This document shows positions 62,124 to 64,000 of a DNA stretch of 64,000 nucleotides, in pieces. The first letter of the stretch is position 1, and the number at the start of each line of letters is the position of its first letter. The notes beneath the pieces are model-generated. The model was given only the letters and a program-made list of their open reading frames with translations. It was not told the DNA's origin and ran no database searches. This stretch comes from Balanoglossus misakiensis (taxonomy: Eukaryota > Animalia > Hemichordata). The stretch is taken from the NCBI GenBank assembly GCA_040954595.2, contig CM082596.2, forward strand, positions 6,212,791 to 6,276,790. The letters are read 5' to 3'. The position numbers and the translations under genes are program-made.

Positions 62124-64000
62124 TTTCGTTTTTTGTCTGAGACTCAAGGCATGTTTCATGTTAATCTAATAATATTACCCAGCCCTGTAATTGGGTTAAA
62201 GATTCCCCCCTTCTCTCGCCGGCAGGTAGGGCAAGTCATTAAGAATCCATTTTGGAAGCGCAGCATTTGTAGCAGTACACGTTTAATGAGATCAAATTCA
62301 ACGTTATTAAATTGGGTATGGATCACAGAACACGATCCTGCACCCACTGGTTTGTAACAACACCGACTGACCCCGGTCTTCTAGAAGTCTCCGCGTCGAG
62401 CAAATTTTTCTCCCCCGAAGCCGATCTACAAAAATATTACAGCAGGGATAATATATAGCGTGATACTGATAATGTTCACATCGCAGTCTTGTAGAAGTGA
62501 CTGTATGTTACAGTACATTGTAGAAATCATGGGCATAGTTCTGAGGTTGGTACTCTGATTTTAAAGGGGCGTATGTTATACACAGCTGACCCCTTGTTTC
62601 CCCTTTATTTTCCAATAAACAGTTTCCCGCAAACCTCAATAAATATGGGCCTTTAAACTACTGGGTAAATTGACATCAGTACATGCACTGAGTTTTCTAC
62701 TGGCTTCGAATAATTTGTAAAATTCCTGCTTTAATTTGATTTGAGCATGAGTCAGGACTCCATGCTATAAACCTGATTACTGTATCTTGATGTGAAATAT
62801 TTTGAGGAATTTCCTTTTTACTAGTAAAAATGCAAAATATACTGCTTTTACGAAAAACCAAACAAAAGCTCCTTACCCATAATTCCTGGTGTGGTTCAGT
62901 GAAAAGTTAAAGATTAAAAGAAGTACCCATGATTCAAATTACATATTTTCAAAACCGTTACTTGGCTTTCTTACCATTGTTTTTGTGATTAAGATGTATA
63001 ATAACAAGAAACTTTGCCTGTCATAACACAATAAATCACAAGACATGTTTTCAAAACATGTCAGCCTGCTCATAGAGATATTGGGTTGCTATCTTTTAAT
63101 GTTGTTTCGGAGATATCTGTGTTTGGTAAGGAAAGTTGATGCTGTGCATTCTAGTAAAAGTTGAACTGTTAAGTGTGGGCAGATTTCAGATAAATATGGT
63201 TCCCAGTAATCCGCAGTGACCTCTGATATTTTTCCGGGATTTTTGCTCAAGGATAGAGTAAAGCTTCCAAGAGCAAAATATTAGGAGAAGTTTAATACTG
63301 ACTCTCAATGTATCTTAGAAAGTGAGATTACAAGTCTTACTAATCTGTCATTAGAGTTTGTAGATCTGACTTCAACGTACTCCCATGATGAAATGAAATG
63401 TGAAACCTCACCAAGGAACTGTACTGCGGGTATTAGAACTACCGGTGCTGTTTTTTCCTAAAGAATAATCTGCATTGCCATTTATCTCCAATAATCGAGG
63501 GAAATCGGAAAAATAATTACTCCGTATAATCAGGTGAAGTTAATACCACAACAACCAGATAAATAAAACCGGGGTAACCAGGGGAGGTCACGAAGGAAAT
63601 GCCAAGTGTTATCTGAAAATGTCATTCTGTAATCGATGAATCTGTCACCCGATGATGTCATGCTATCAGGGTTCACGACCTTTCCCCAAAGCTGATTTGT
63701 ATCGCGGAGTAAAAAATATTATCATGAAAAAAAAAAATACCCATAGTCTCGATCTCTCGAATGGAAATACACATGACACCCTCAGGCGCGTATGATATTT
63801 GTAATCAGTTAACGCAACAAGGACTTTGTGAAAGCTTATCCCCCCAAAAATAGCCGAGTAATTCTCCTGGTGGACGTGGGACGGCAAAGTACATAAAAGG
63901 TGTAATCTTCATCATCCAGAATTTCAAAACGCTGATTTTTTTCCCCCTGATGAAGAGAAATCTGCTTTTCTTTGCTGTTGCTATGGGAAACTGATTAACT

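Noticed and set aside
62561-62657. TTAAAGGGGCGTATG...ATATGGGCCTTTAA as a Kolobok-like mini-element
   Set aside because: Inverted repeat too short and degenerate to support.

Overview
Eukaryotic (metazoan) genomic DNA, AT-rich and intron-rich with microsatellites; possibly a marine invertebrate deuterostome, which is a guess. Most entries in the ORF track are spurious, so genes were rebuilt by hand from splice sites and codon phase. (1) A two-exon + strand gene (5361-6453, 6615-7186; 554 aa) fuses about 11 intracellular LRRs with a ROCO-type cap to a divergent caspase-8-like peptidase C14 domain. It keeps the His/Cys dyad but has lost the Asp-specificity residues, and is the most interesting item. 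(2) A five-exon - strand gene (17870 to 9630; 220 aa) of unknown function with a PP1 docking motif. (3) A tentative three-exon + strand gene or pseudogene (18395-19446), head-to-head with gene 2. (4) A PFTAIRE kinase (CDK14/15) with 12 phase-consistent coding exons from 21264 to 60822, a ~33 kb intron and an uncertain last exon. Also present: two MITE families, a 157-bp intronic hairpin, many RFX X-box-like motifs and several microsatellites.
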